64,000 nucleotides of DNA, taken from sequence record NC_054909.1. One strand, written 5' to 3'. Positions 1-9,563 of this stretch are shown piece by piece. This DNA is from Escherichia phage EC121. The first letter of the stretch is position 1. Each line of letters starts with the position of its first letter. A program made the translations under genes and the position numbers. The notes below the pieces were generated by a model. The model did not search any database and was not told the DNA's origin. It saw nothing but the letters and a program-made list of their open reading frames with translations.

Positions 1-113
1 TTCCTAAGCATAGATTCAGTAACTATATGCTCTTCATTAGAAAAATTATTTCTCAGAATATATCGTTTTATTTCAGGAAAAGTTAATAGATGCTGTCCAG
101 TTGAATATTCCAT
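1..113 (-). CDS. hypothetical protein, N-terminal part only (gene runs off window start)
   Basis: ATG at 113..111 preceded by GGAGGA; frame open to position 1. Confidence 0.4.
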   Translation of the reverse strand, partial: MEYSTGQHLLTFPEIKRYILRNNFSNEEHIVTESMLR

Positions 114-168
114 GTTTTTCCTCCATAGAGATTATACTCTAATAAATTAAAGCATAATCTCTTATAAA

Positions 169-1851
169 TTAAACCATTACAGTAAATCGACCAACTTTCT
201 TCATTTGAAGATGCTGACCGTATTCTTGCGGGTCATGGTCTTTATGCGAAATTATAAAAACATTAGTGTTTTTCATTGAATTTATAATATTAGCTACACC
301 TTTAATACCTTCGGCATCAAATGACCCATCAAACACTTCATCGAGTATTAATGTACTAATACTAACACCAGATACAATAGAAGCAATATCACGCCAAGTA
401 AATAAAAGAGCAATATCAATTCTTGCTTTTTCACCTTCACTAAATGAAGCATAACTAAAATCTTCGCGACCACGGGATTTAATTGTCTCATTAAATTCTT
501 CATCTAATGTAAACACATAATCCGCTTCCATTATTTTAAGATAATGGTTAATCTGCTTATTAAATAATGGAATGTACTTTTTAATAATAGCACCTTTAAT
601 ACCAGAATCTTTGAGCATATCAGTCAAAATTCCTCGGTGGTATTTTTCCATTACTAAATTAGTTTTTGTCTTAACAATTTTATCAAGTTCTTCTTGAAGC
701 AGTGCTATTTCATCAGCATGGTCAATAAACTCAGAAGATGCTTTTTCTATAGCCGCTTTAACCTTTTTAGCTTTATCTACTGTCGTGATTAGAGATTGCT
801 TTTTATTGCGAATATCATTTGCCAACGACTGTTGGGTTTTAATATTATCTCGGTATTCATCAACAAGAACTTTTAAATTATCACGATGCGTTGAAAGCTG
901 CTCAAACGAATGCGTGCATTCAGAAACTTTATCTTTAATTTTAGAAACAACTTTATCACCGGAACTCAATTGTGACAAACAGGTTGGACATAATCCACCT
1001 TCGTGATACATATTAATGACTTTATTATACGAGTCAATTTTCGATTTAATTAAAAATGCTTCTTGGCCGATTTTATTAAATGCATCAGTCGGGTCTTCAT
1101 CCAAAACAATATTAACTAATCTTTCATTAGCTTCTTCTATTTCCGATTTTAGCGTTCTAGCTTCTTTTGCTAAATCATCATACATATTTTGCAGACGAGT
1201 AAGGTTGTCACCCGTTAATTTTTTCTGGCGTTCAACGTTATCATTATATATTTTAATTTGTTGGATAATATTATCTTTTTTAACATCAAGCACCTGGTTC
1301 TGCGAATTTAATTCACGTATTAGTGCTTTATTAAGCTTATCCATTTCAGCTAATGTTCCTACCTCAAGCAGGTCTTCCACAAGCTTTCTTCGCGCAGGGG
1401 TCGACAAACCCATGAAAGGGGTATACCCTGCTGTACCAAGGACAACAATCTGCTTGAAACTGGCATATGACATTCCGATAAGCTGTTCAAATTCTGCTTG
1501 GAAATCTTTACTGCTGGCAGATTCATTAAGACGTGTACCGTTAACGGTGATTTCGAAAACGTTTGGTTTTTGTCCTCTTTTGATATAGTACTTTTTCTCA
1601 TCATATTCCATCCACAGTTCAACTAAAAGTTCTTTCTTATTTGTGCTGTTTATTAATTGACCTTTCTTTACATCACGAAATGGCTTGCCAAAAAGCCCAA
1701 ATGTGATGGCTTCTAGCATAGTAGACTTACCACCGCCATTTCGTCCAGTAATAAGAGTTTTTTGAACCTTATCTAATTGAATGTCAACTCCATTTTGACC
1801 AACTGACATTATATTTTTATATTTTACTCTATTAAGTTTAAATGATTTCAT
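169..1851 (-). CDS. 46: recombination endonuclease subunit gp46 (Rad50/SbcC-like ATPase)
   Basis: 560 aa; Walker A GRNGGGKST near N-terminus, long coiled-coil, C-terminal ABC-type motifs; T4 gene order and length. Confidence 0.95.
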   Translation of the reverse strand: MKSFKLNRVKYKNIMSVGQNGVDIQLDKVQKTLITGRNGGGKSTMLEAITFGLFGKPFRDVKKGQLINSTNKKELLVELWMEYDEKKYYIKRGQKPNVFEITVNGTRLNESASSKDFQAEFEQLIGMSYASFKQIVVLGTAGYTPFMGLSTPARRKLVEDLLEVGTLAEMDKLNKALIRELNSQNQVLDVKKDNIIQQIKIYNDNVERQKKLTGDNLTRLQNMYDDLAKEARTLKSEIEEANERLVNIVLDEDPTDAFNKIGQEAFLIKSKIDSYNKVINMYHEGGLCPTCLSQLSSGDKVVSKIKDKVSECTHSFEQLSTHRDNLKVLVDEYRDNIKTQQSLANDIRNKKQSLITTVDKAKKVKAAIEKASSEFIDHADEIALLQEELDKIVKTKTNLVMEKYHRGILTDMLKDSGIKGAIIKKYIPLFNKQINHYLKIMEADYVFTLDEEFNETIKSRGREDFSYASFSEGEKARIDIALLFTWRDIASIVSGVSISTLILDEVFDGSFDAEGIKGVANIINSMKNTNVFIISHKDHDPQEYGQHLQMKKVGRFTVMV

Positions 1852-1866
1852 TTTGTATCCAATTGT

Positions 1867-2721
1867 TCACAATGAAGAAAATTCTTTAACTAAAGCCTGT
1901 AATGAAGCCTCTATTGGATATCCATTCTTAACTAACATTTTCCTAAACATTACATGTTTAGGACGATTATATGATATCCACAATTCATACAATTTATCTT
2001 TATTATCCCAATGATAGCCTTTTCGTCGAGATGCTATATGAGCTTTTCTAATCTCCGGATTTTTCCAACTAGCAGCTACTGAATTTGATATAGCTATTTT
2101 ATATTCAGGTTTTGATAAAGCAGCACGAACAGCCTTTTGGTGTTTAATTTTATTTTCTTCGTTATTAAACCATTCCCTTGAAGCCATTGAAATTTTTTGT
2201 TTTGTTTTAAAATTATTTAATCTTTCTTTATTATCTTTCCTATTTTTTGCTACTGAAAAATATTTTAATGCCCTTTCTCTAGCAGCATTTCTATTTTGCG
2301 GATTTGAATAATACTGTTGAAGCCTTTTTGATATTGTGTCACTTACATCTTGTTTTATAAAACTATATTCAGCAGCTATTAAATCAACTTCGGCTAAAGA
2401 TAAATTTTTATATGTTTTTCCTGACATCATTCTATTTAAAGCATTTAACATTTTTCCATTTTTACCTTTTGCTAATAAGAAGTGTGCTTTAAAATGATTA
2501 AAATGACTTAAATTAACTAAATTCCATGTAGATTTTAAATATTCAGGAAATATTGATTTAGGAAGCACGTGGTGTGCTTCCGTTTTACCTGGAGTTTTAA
2601 CAGTTGAATTCACAGAAATAAAATTAATGTAAGACTTGGCGTCTTCTTCACTCAACGCTAATTTTTCAACTAATTCCTTTATTAAAAATTCATCATTAAT
2701 GTCAAGTTTAAAATTCTTCAC
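1867..2721 (-). CDS. free-standing HNH-family homing endonuclease (mob-like)
   Basis: 284 aa; HH..N..H motif (AHHVLPKS...NLVNLSHFNHFKAH) followed by basic NUMOD-like repeats. Confidence 0.75.
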   Translation of the reverse strand: MKNFKLDINDEFLIKELVEKLALSEEDAKSYINFISVNSTVKTPGKTEAHHVLPKSIFPEYLKSTWNLVNLSHFNHFKAHFLLAKGKNGKMLNALNRMMSGKTYKNLSLAEVDLIAAEYSFIKQDVSDTISKRLQQYYSNPQNRNAARERALKYFSVAKNRKDNKERLNNFKTKQKISMASREWFNNEENKIKHQKAVRAALSKPEYKIAISNSVAASWKNPEIRKAHIASRRKGYHWDNKDKLYELWISYNRPKHVMFRKMLVKNGYPIEASLQALVKEFSSL

Positions 2722-2981
2722 AAAAGATTCCTTTTAATGTATCTTTTAGACCATTCTATCATATCATCATAATCTAAAAAGTATTCATCAAATTCAGCCA
2801 TGCAAACAACACCTTGTGCTGCTTTTGATGTGATATAAATTATTCCAACATATCTAGAATCTTCTTCGGTATAATCAATATTTGCTATGAATTCATCGTT
2901 AATGTCAAATGTCGAAAACTTCACAATATGCATCCTTAATACAAGATACAGCCATATCTTGTAATGATTTAGGTGTGTCAT
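2718..2981 (-). CDS. hypothetical small protein; true start probably internal
   Basis: ORF with stop overlapping HEG start; N-terminal segment shares DINDEF motif with the HEG. Confidence 0.45.
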   Translation of the reverse strand: MTHLNHYKIWLYLVLRMHIVKFSTFDINDEFIANIDYTEEDSRYVGIIYITSKAAQGVVCMAEFDEYFLDYDDMIEWSKRYIKRNLL

Positions 2982-3168
2982 TATCTAAAATGTTGAAGTT
3001 AAAAGATACAGCCCAGTCAGTGCAGACCGTAACCTTTTTAATACAATTATCTTCAACCTCTAGCGGTTCAAACCAATATTCAATAATTTCTTTATGCCCA
3101 ATATCATCTTTTACTTCGCATTCAAAATGCTGACTCATCATAACATTTTTAAATTCATCAAAAGTCAT
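2905..3168 (-). CDS. hypothetical protein (87 aa)
   Basis: ORF whose start overlaps gene 47 stop by 4 nt. Confidence 0.55.
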   Translation of the reverse strand: MTFDEFKNVMMSQHFECEVKDDIGHKEIIEYWFEPLEVEDNCIKKVTVCTDWAVSFNFNILDNDTPKSLQDMAVSCIKDAYCEVFDI

Positions 3169-4184
3169 TGTGTTGCCTCTACATATAGCTGATTCGCATA
3201 TTGAATAAGTGCTTCACGGTCAGAATCAGTGATGTCTGGAATTGCATTAATGTATTCTTCCATCAACGTCTGAAGAGATTGAACTTCAACTTCTTCACTG
3301 TCATCTGACTCGACAGAGTTATCAATCTTTGACACAACTCGTAACGAATGCACAACTTTTTCTAGTTCAGATTCGAACTTCGTCAGATTTTTGTCTACTT
3401 CAGTTACTATAACACGTACTGATAGATTTGTAAAATCTTTATAGTCAATTTTTCCCTTAAATGGATATTGAATTCGACGATGCCAGGTAGTGTTGTTTGG
3501 AATAAATTCCATTCGTTCTGTTTCTGTGTCAAACATCCAGAACCCACGAGGGTCATTCTCGTCACCTGCAGTTAGTGTCCATGGTGTCCCAATATATCTG
3601 ACGTTTGCAGCCTCAGAAATAGTATGGAAGTGACCAGACCACACTTCTTTATAAGTCTTAAGGAAATCAGGTTCAAGACCGTGAGATTTCATTCCTTTAT
3701 AAAAATAAAATCCATTCAGTTCCCAGTGACCAACACAAAAAGAAGCAGATGAAGTTTTGATGTGTTCAAGAATTTCACCAGTATTTTCTTCGCACATCCA
3801 AGGAATTAAATCAATCAAACACCCGTCAAAATCTACTGTTGTAGGCTTATCATATACTTTAACATTAGGATATTTAGCCAAAAGCTCAGTAGAGGCATTT
3901 GGATGCATTACATTTTTGTAGTGGAGATCGTGATTTCCTACAATAGTATGTAGGGTAATACCAGCACCATCAAGCATTTGAACTATTTCACGGGCAAACT
4001 CCATAGTTTTATGCGTGATCGCTTTTCGCACATCAAAAATATCACCGTATTGAATCCATACCGTAATTCCATTTTTCTTAGAATATTCTATCGCTTGCTT
4101 AATTCCATCAATTTGAATACCGCGAATCCACTCATCATCAGCTTTAACGCCTAAATGCCAATCACCTAAATTTAAAATTTTCAT
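3165..4184 (-). CDS. 47: recombination nuclease subunit gp47 (Mre11/SbcD-like phosphoesterase)
   Basis: 339 aa; calcineurin-like motifs GDWH, GDIFD, GNHD; adjacent to gene 46. Confidence 0.95.
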   Translation of the reverse strand: MKILNLGDWHLGVKADDEWIRGIQIDGIKQAIEYSKKNGITVWIQYGDIFDVRKAITHKTMEFAREIVQMLDGAGITLHTIVGNHDLHYKNVMHPNASTELLAKYPNVKVYDKPTTVDFDGCLIDLIPWMCEENTGEILEHIKTSSASFCVGHWELNGFYFYKGMKSHGLEPDFLKTYKEVWSGHFHTISEAANVRYIGTPWTLTAGDENDPRGFWMFDTETERMEFIPNNTTWHRRIQYPFKGKIDYKDFTNLSVRVIVTEVDKNLTKFESELEKVVHSLRVVSKIDNSVESDDSEEVEVQSLQTLMEEYINAIPDITDSDREALIQYANQLYVEATQ

Positions 4185-4345
4185 ATATCAAGAACCGTCA
4201 TTGAAATGCAAAATAAAATTATTGAAATAAATCCATCTGGAGTGCTAAAGAACCCAATCCAACATGCTCTAGTGAATAGATAAAATGCAAGAAAAAGTAT
4301 CACATATCCAAGAAATATCATTATATCAAACTCCGTATAAAGCTA

Positions 4346-4363
4346 AAGGGCCGAAGCCCTTTA
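4346..4363 (-). terminator. GC-rich hairpin (GGGCCGAAGCCC) at 3' end of a-gt
   Basis: perfect stem with CGAA-type loop overlapping stop codon; T-rich flank. Confidence 0.45.
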
Positions 4364-5563
4364 TTTTGTAATAATGTCAAACTGTTCTTTAAAGCAGAAG
4401 CTTGAATCTTGATGCTGATACAAAAATTCATAAGCTTTTTCACGTTCGCGGTCATAAAGAGTTCGGTCAGATGACAGTTCTTTAATACGTTCAAATGTTG
4501 ATTCCATGTCATTTTCATCAAACCAAACGATACCGCTATCATGAGAAATTAATGGAGTATTATCAACACGGAATTTTAAATTTTCGCCTGTAGATTTCCA
4601 AAATACCGGAATTGTTCCACATGCACCAAGCTCGAGATGAGTATATTCTAAAGAACGTTGTAGATATTTTTTATCCAACTTACTCAACTGATAACCAAAT
4701 CCGGATTTACTCATGCGTTCAAGCATTTCGCTATTTACATAACGGTCAAGAATTTGCGTTGGCAAATTAGGAGCAATTTTAATTTGGTCTACTTGATGAA
4801 GACGATAATACTCGTATGGAATTCCTTTTTCTTTAATAGGAATGAACGCTGGAGAACGTTCCAGACCTTCCATAATAGTACTTAGTCCTGCAGGTTTAAG
4901 ATGTTTTTCATGAAAATCAAACATCTGATAAAAACCTTTCCATGTAGTCGTACGACCAATCCAACGGTTAACATTCATGTTAACTTCAGAAACATCTTTC
5001 CAGTAGGTTGACCGAACCTTCGCAATATCCATAGGAGGCTGAAAGTTATATACGGTCGGTGCTTCTTCAATATCATCAAACAGAGAAACTGTTTCTGGAT
5101 ACCATTCTTTCATCAAAACTTTATTAAAATCGCCATTATCAGAATGACTAAAAATAACATCAGCTCGACGAACAGTTTCTTCTAATCCCAAATTTCGGCG
5201 CAAAGAAAGAGAAGAATGGTCATGTTGATAAACTACAACACGAACCGAAGGCTTAATGTTATCAATAATTTTTTTATAGTTATTAATAGTGTCTTCTTCG
5301 ACCGAAGTAGCAGGAACTGAATTGATAATTAGAATATCACAATCATTTACCAGCTTAAGTGTTTTATCGTATTCTTTTGCCAATAAAACCGGAATTGAAA
5401 ATGATTTATAATCATGCGCACAATTACGAGTAAATGATTTATCTTTAGCATAAACCAAAGTTACTTCATGACCATTTTTAATAAACCAATCACGTTGCTC
5501 AAGAGAAAATTTAGTTACACCACAACCTTCAAGACCTCGAGCCATAAAAATACATACTTTCAT
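4361..5563 (-). CDS. a-gt: DNA alpha-glucosyltransferase
   Basis: 400 aa, position after gene 47 as in T4; glycosyltransferase-like N-terminus. Confidence 0.8.
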   Translation of the reverse strand: MKVCIFMARGLEGCGVTKFSLEQRDWFIKNGHEVTLVYAKDKSFTRNCAHDYKSFSIPVLLAKEYDKTLKLVNDCDILIINSVPATSVEEDTINNYKKIIDNIKPSVRVVVYQHDHSSLSLRRNLGLEETVRRADVIFSHSDNGDFNKVLMKEWYPETVSLFDDIEEAPTVYNFQPPMDIAKVRSTYWKDVSEVNMNVNRWIGRTTTWKGFYQMFDFHEKHLKPAGLSTIMEGLERSPAFIPIKEKGIPYEYYRLHQVDQIKIAPNLPTQILDRYVNSEMLERMSKSGFGYQLSKLDKKYLQRSLEYTHLELGACGTIPVFWKSTGENLKFRVDNTPLISHDSGIVWFDENDMESTFERIKELSSDRTLYDREREKAYEFLYQHQDSSFCFKEQFDIITK

Positions 5564-5629
5564 TTAATATCCTCATTGTTTTGGTTTATTTTACCAAAAA
5601 TTTATAAAGCAATATAGGAGCCGAAGCTC

Positions 5630-5803
5630 CTATCCGCATAATACACCATACAGAGGCTCATTAGAGCTTCTAAATTTTATACGCTTATATGTTATAGTTC
5701 CTTCTGCTTTAGCTTTATCATGAGACTCTTTAAAGCGTCTCATCATTTCTGCTTTAGAGGAACGAATTTTATTATAATCTATTTCAGAAGTCTGGGTGTT
5801 CAT
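5630..5803 (-). CDS. small hypothetical protein (57 aa, below ORF-track cutoff)
   Basis: ATG 3 nt after stop of upstream gene; stop lies in hairpin 5615..5632. Confidence 0.3.
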   Translation of the reverse strand: MNTQTSEIDYNKIRSSKAEMMRRFKESHDKAKAEGTITYKRIKFRSSNEPLYGVLCG

Positions 5804-5806
5804 CTT

Positions 5807-6013
5807 TCACAGTTGCCACCATTTTTTGACTTGATAGGAATCAACCCACACTTTCATATTAGGGTCTGCTCTTACAATAGGAGGATTAACTTCTTTAATT
5901 GAACTATCATGGTATTCTTTTTCAGAAATTTTCACACAAAGATGACCGTTCAAAGATTCAGTAAATCCTGCATTAATTTTAAGACGCTTGAATTTTACGT
6001 TTGTAAGCATCAA
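5807..6013 (-). CDS. hypothetical protein (68 aa)
   Basis: minus-strand ORF in operon context. Confidence 0.45.
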   Translation of the reverse strand: MMLTNVKFKRLKINAGFTESLNGHLCVKISEKEYHDSSIKEVNPPIVRADPNMKVWVDSYQVKKWWQL

Positions 6014-6296
6014 TCATATCCTCAATCTGCGATCTAGTAGTCTTCCAAAGAATACTAATGAGTTCATCGTTATATGGCTGTTTTAGAATATCCCGACTTT
6101 TCTTGATAGCATATTCGTATTGAGCAAAATTATTGTTTTCAGCTGCAATCTGAGCGTGCTTATAAAGACGGTTCAGTTCGCGTTTGTTTTTAGACAATAA
6201 CTTATTTGCTTTTCTTTCTGCTTCAAGACGGTTCTTTTCTTCAATAGAAGAAATAAGCTTTTCCACTTCAGCATTAATTTCGGGTTTATCAGTCAT
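5979..6296 (-). CDS. hypothetical coiled-coil protein (105 aa)
   Basis: minus-strand ORF, lysine/glutamate-rich helical sequence. Confidence 0.55.
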   Translation of the reverse strand: MTDKPEINAEVEKLISSIEEKNRLEAERKANKLLSKNKRELNRLYKHAQIAAENNNFAQYEYAIKKSRDILKQPYNDELISILWKTTRSQIEDMIDAYKRKIQAS

Positions 6297-6297
6297 A

Positions 6298-6516
6298 TTA
6301 TTTCTCTAATATAAAATAAAAATCATCATCTGTTAAATGATACCGATAGTTTAATTCTACACCATTAGATTTAAAAGCGGTATCATACGGATTTTCTGGA
6401 TCAATATCAATGTCAAGAGCTAAAACTTCCCTGAGATACATTTTAAGTAAATAGGGAATAGCTTCAACTTCAGGTATTTCTTCCAGGAATCCGGAGAGGT
6501 TAATCGTTAGCCTCAT
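6298..6516 (-). CDS. hypothetical protein (72 aa)
   Basis: ORF immediately upstream of previous gene, overlaps gene 55 stop. Confidence 0.5.
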
Positions 6517-7057
6517 ATAAAAAATCCAAACTAGGAGAATCGTCTACAACACTTTTCTTTTCAGCCCCCGGTGTTCTATAGGTTGATTCTTCGTAATGCG
6601 TCATTTTATCGTAGATGTCTTGAATAAAAGTTTCATCTACTAACGCAACCATATCGTCGTCACGACTGTCATAGACATTGTGAACGAAGTAACTGTATTT
6701 CTTTGCAACTTCCTTACGTTCTTTTTTAATACGTTGGACGAATGCATTAAAACAAGCTTGAGTTATATATGCATGTGGGTTTTTATATTTCGTTTCATCA
6801 AAATTATGAAGCCCCTTAATAGAAGCTTCTATACCATCTGCAATCATTTCTTGTTTCCAGGATTGGGTGTATCCTGAAAAGTTGAAACGTTTAGATAAGC
6901 CTTCTGCAATAAGCATAATGGCTAATCCGATAGTATCATTCTGACGAACTACTTTATTTGGATCTTTATTATTTGCTAATTCTGTTTTCCAATCAATAAT
7001 AGCTTGTAAAAGCTCTTTATTGTTTACGTAATTATATTTAGGCTTAGTTTCTGACAT
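6500..7057 (-). CDS. 55: late-transcription sigma factor gp55
   Basis: 185 aa from ATG at 7057 with GAGGTG RBS; length and N-terminus MSETKPKY as T4 gp55. Confidence 0.9.
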
Positions 7058-7135
7058 TTTCACCTCTTAGCTCAATTCATAGATCTATTATATCATAATA
7101 TTTGAAGATCTATCTTAAAGCATAGAGGATATCAG

Positions 7136-7405
7136 TTATCTAAGTAAGCAGTATGCTTGGAACACTTTCTCCATCATCTTTTTAAATTCATGAATATCTA
7201 TGTAATGACTAGTTAAATCAGCGTGATATAAAAAGTCTAAAAACTTTTCATGCGTGCTAACATATTCACTTTCATTTAATTCAGAAACATGGCTTTCCCA
7301 ATATCCAACACCAGTCTTATTTGGGAAAAATGAAATTTTCATGTATTGATCAACATAGAAAATGCCATAATTTTCAATAGTAATAGAAATATTAATAAAT
7401 TTCAT
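7136..7405 (-). CDS. hypothetical protein (89 aa)
   Basis: ORF in tight minus-strand series. Confidence 0.55.
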   Translation of the reverse strand: MKFINISITIENYGIFYVDQYMKISFFPNKTGVGYWESHVSELNESEYVSTHEKFLDFLYHADLTSHYIDIHEFKKMMEKVFQAYCLLR

Positions 7406-7617
7406 ACATTCATCAACTTAGCCGCTTCAAGAGCTGCATCTAGTGAATCAAATTGGTCAACATATTCAATCAATTCGCCGTAATTAGCATATAACCACCA
7501 TTGGCTAAATTCATACTCAAGGATGAATCCGTTTCCTTCAATTTGAGTTAAACCAATGCCATTTGTATTTACTTCATATCCAGCAAGACGCAAATCGTTA
7601 ATAAGAGCTTCGTTCAT
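7402..7617 (-). CDS. hypothetical protein (71 aa)
   Basis: ORF with 4-nt start/stop overlap to neighbour. Confidence 0.55.
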   Translation of the reverse strand: MNEALINDLRLAGYEVNTNGIGLTQIEGNGFILEYEFSQWWLYANYGELIEYVDQFDSLDAALEAAKLMNV

Positions 7618-7619
7618 AA

Positions 7620-7946
7620 TTATACCTTAGTAATTTTCAGGTCTGCAAATTTTTTCTTGCGTTGATTTTTCATGCGACGAATAGTTTTATCGGAAATTTC
7701 ATGCTTTTGATAAGCTTTAGATTCTACACCAAAAGCTTTAACATCAAATTCTGACAAGATATATTGAACCAACAATTCACGGACAGTGTTGCGTCCAATC
7801 TTCTGATCATTCTGTTTCATCGTCTGATGAAGTTCTTTTTCCCATTTATCCAAAATTTGAGGAGTTACAATATCGCCTTTTTCTAGCAAAGAAACTACTT
7901 TATCATATGCGTAAGAATTGATGGCGTTTTTAATTTGAATAGTCAT
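7620..7946 (-). CDS. hypothetical protein (108 aa)
   Basis: ORF in tight minus-strand series. Confidence 0.55.
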   Translation of the reverse strand: MTIQIKNAINSYAYDKVVSLLEKGDIVTPQILDKWEKELHQTMKQNDQKIGRNTVRELLVQYILSEFDVKAFGVESKAYQKHEISDKTIRRMKNQRKKKFADLKITKV

Positions 7947-7980
7947 ACATTATCCTCAATTGCGTTAAAATTTTATTATC

Positions 7981-8000
7981 CAAAAAAGGGCCGAAGCCCT
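7981..8000 (-). terminator. intrinsic terminator hairpin (GGGCCGAAGCCC) with U-run
   Basis: A-run 7982..7986 then hairpin on plus strand = hairpin followed by T-run on minus. Confidence 0.5.
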
Positions 8001-8200
8001 TAGCTAAACTGTTTGGCACCCTTCCAGCCTTCGTACATCATTGCGGCTGATATTAATATTGCTCCTGAGCAACTTGAATATTTGTGATTCCAAAACCAGT
8101 TTAGAAAAACTTCGTCATCAATACCTTGAGCTATCATATTTTCAAAGAACTGACGACGAGCTTCAGCAATTCGTTGCGATAATTTAGATTCAGGATTCAT
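8000..8200 (-). CDS. hypothetical protein (66 aa)
   Basis: minus-strand ORF. Confidence 0.5.
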   Translation of the reverse strand: MNPESKLSQRIAEARRQFFENMIAQGIDDEVFLNWFWNHKYSSCSGAILISAAMMYEGWKGAKQFS

Positions 8201-8416
8201 TTAAATTTTCCAGTTACCATTTTCATCAATAAATTTAATCCAGTCATTTACTGACCACTTGGTCGTATCGCCCTTTGGAGCAACATTTAAAGTGTATAAT
8301 CCTTGTTTAAAAAGCATTCGTTTGATATTCATATTTTCCTCAGCTGTAACGATAGCACTCGTTTGATTTACGCTTAGCAACTCGTTGAGAAGTATTATAA
8401 TCAAAATCATCATCAA
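8201..8416 (-). CDS. hypothetical small protein; start uncertain (internal ATG near 8335 likely)
   Basis: ORF overlapping upstream gene by 77 nt unless internal start used. Confidence 0.35.
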   Translation of the reverse strand: MMMILIIILLNELLSVNQTSAIVTAEENMNIKRMLFKQGLYTLNVAPKGDTTKWSVNDWIKFIDENGNWKI

Positions 8417-8678
8417 TGTAAACTGATTTTTTCAACTTTCTTACTTCACCACGTAATTGGCGATTTAGCTCATCTTTAACTTCTGAATCAATGCCTTTCA
8501 TTCTACGCCATTTATCAGAGCGAAAAATGTTTTCGACAATATCTTTATGACTTACACCATCAGGAGCTTTACGCTTTCCGAAATAGTCATAATCACGAAC
8601 TTTCAAGTCTTTACGACGATACGTTTTACCCATGGAGTTTAATTTCCTTAGCAACTGAACTAAATACAGCACGGTCAC
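8340..8678 (-). CDS. hypothetical basic protein (about 100 aa)
   Basis: minus-strand ORF, lysine/arginine-rich. Confidence 0.5.
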   Translation of the reverse strand: MTVLYLVQLLRKLNSMGKTYRRKDLKVRDYDYFGKRKAPDGVSHKDIVENIFRSDKWRRMKGIDSEVKDELNRQLRGEVRKLKKSVYIDDDFDYNTSQRVAKRKSNECYRYS

Positions 8679-8814
8679 AAATCATCTGTTTATGTAACTT
8701 GAGTATAAGATAATAAACTTCAAAACCGTTTACATAAGTAACACGAACAACATTACCATTAATAAAATAATATTGTCCCTTTTTTAATTTCTTTATCAAC
8801 CACAACCATATCAA
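8626..8814 (-). CDS. hypothetical protein (62 aa)
   Basis: first ORF downstream of early promoter 8840..8868. Confidence 0.4.
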   Translation of the reverse strand: MIWLWLIKKLKKGQYYFINGNVVRVTYVNGFEVYYLILKLHKQMICDRAVFSSVAKEIKLHG

Positions 8815-8839
8815 ATCCTCAAAGGCAATTCATGTGTTA

Positions 8840-8868
8840 ATAATACCACAGTTTGAACTTCTTGTAAA
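8840..8868 (-). promoter_or_regulatory. sigma70-type early promoter (GTTTACA -35, 17-nt spacer, TATTAT -10)
   Basis: motif read on minus strand; upstream A/T-rich CACAAAGTTG element. Confidence 0.45.
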
Positions 8869-8933
8869 CAACTTTGTGAAAATTATTTTAGGGAATGATA
8901 AGAAGGGAACGATAATATACAGAATGTGAGAAA

Positions 8934-8951
8934 GAAAGGCCCAGAGGGCCC
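8934..8951 (-). terminator. intrinsic terminator hairpin downstream of nrdH-like gene
   Basis: GGCCC-AGA-GGGCC stem-loop preceded by A-rich run on plus strand. Confidence 0.5.
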
Positions 8952-8954
8952 GTC

Positions 8955-9278
8955 TTAGTCTTCTATGATATCTCTATCATATCCAAGTGAAATGAGAGTT
9001 TCTTTGAAGTGTTTAATGTTCTTTTGTCTAGAATCATTAATGAAAATGACTGGATAACGAATGTTAAGAGATGTAAATCCAGCGCGTTTAGCAAGAGATA
9101 CAATCAGTGGACGATCATACTCGATCTTACCATTATTTGTAAGAACTTTATAGAAAGTAAAAGGAGCATTGAGCTCCTTTAGAAGTTTTGTAACTGATTG
9201 ACATCCAGGACAACGACCAACTTCATCTGGAATTCCATAGACTTCAATCTTATTCTTTAAGTTCGAGTTTTGTTCCAC
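8955..9278 (-). CDS. NrdH/glutaredoxin-like redoxin (CPGC active site)
   Basis: thioredoxin-fold motif VYGIPDEVGRCPGCQ; no in-frame ATG after upstream stop, GTG at 9278 with AAGGAA RBS proposed. Confidence 0.55.
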   Translation of the reverse strand: MEQNSNLKNKIEVYGIPDEVGRCPGCQSVTKLLKELNAPFTFYKVLTNNGKIEYDRPLIVSLAKRAGFTSLNIRYPVIFINDSRQKNIKHFKETLISLGYDRDIIED

Positions 9279-9561
9279 GAGAAATAATTCCTTGATAAGC
9301 CCAATATGGCGGGTTAACAGAATCATCGCCAGAATTTTCTTCAGGAAAATAAACCTGGATAACAAATCCAGATTCATCAAAGGTAAAATAAACCGTAGGT
9401 AATTCACCTAACAATTCAGCACGATTATTAATTTCTTCGAGTTCTCGTTCACGTCCGGCCCAAAAACTAGGATTTAGACTACATTCATAGAAATAATAGT
9501 CATTACCGAACATATCAAAACCATTCCAACTCTCTACCACATACCGCTCAAAACTAATCAT
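9250..9561 (-). CDS. hypothetical acidic protein (103 aa)
   Basis: minus-strand ORF. Confidence 0.55.
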   Translation of the reverse strand: MISFERYVVESWNGFDMFGNDYYFYECSLNPSFWAGRERELEEINNRAELLGELPTVYFTFDESGFVIQVYFPEENSGDDSVNPPYWAYQGIISRGTKLELKE

Positions 9562-9563
9562 AA

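Noticed and set aside
1016-1588. Plus-strand ORFs lying antisense inside minus-strand genes (1016..1588, 10282..10545, 30019..30402, 31997..32359, 35051..35332)
   Set aside because: They overlap well-supported genes on the opposite strand, lack RBS and have low-complexity composition.
4321-4542. 73 aa ORF at the 3' end of a-gt
   Set aside because: Nested out of frame within the glucosyltransferase gene.
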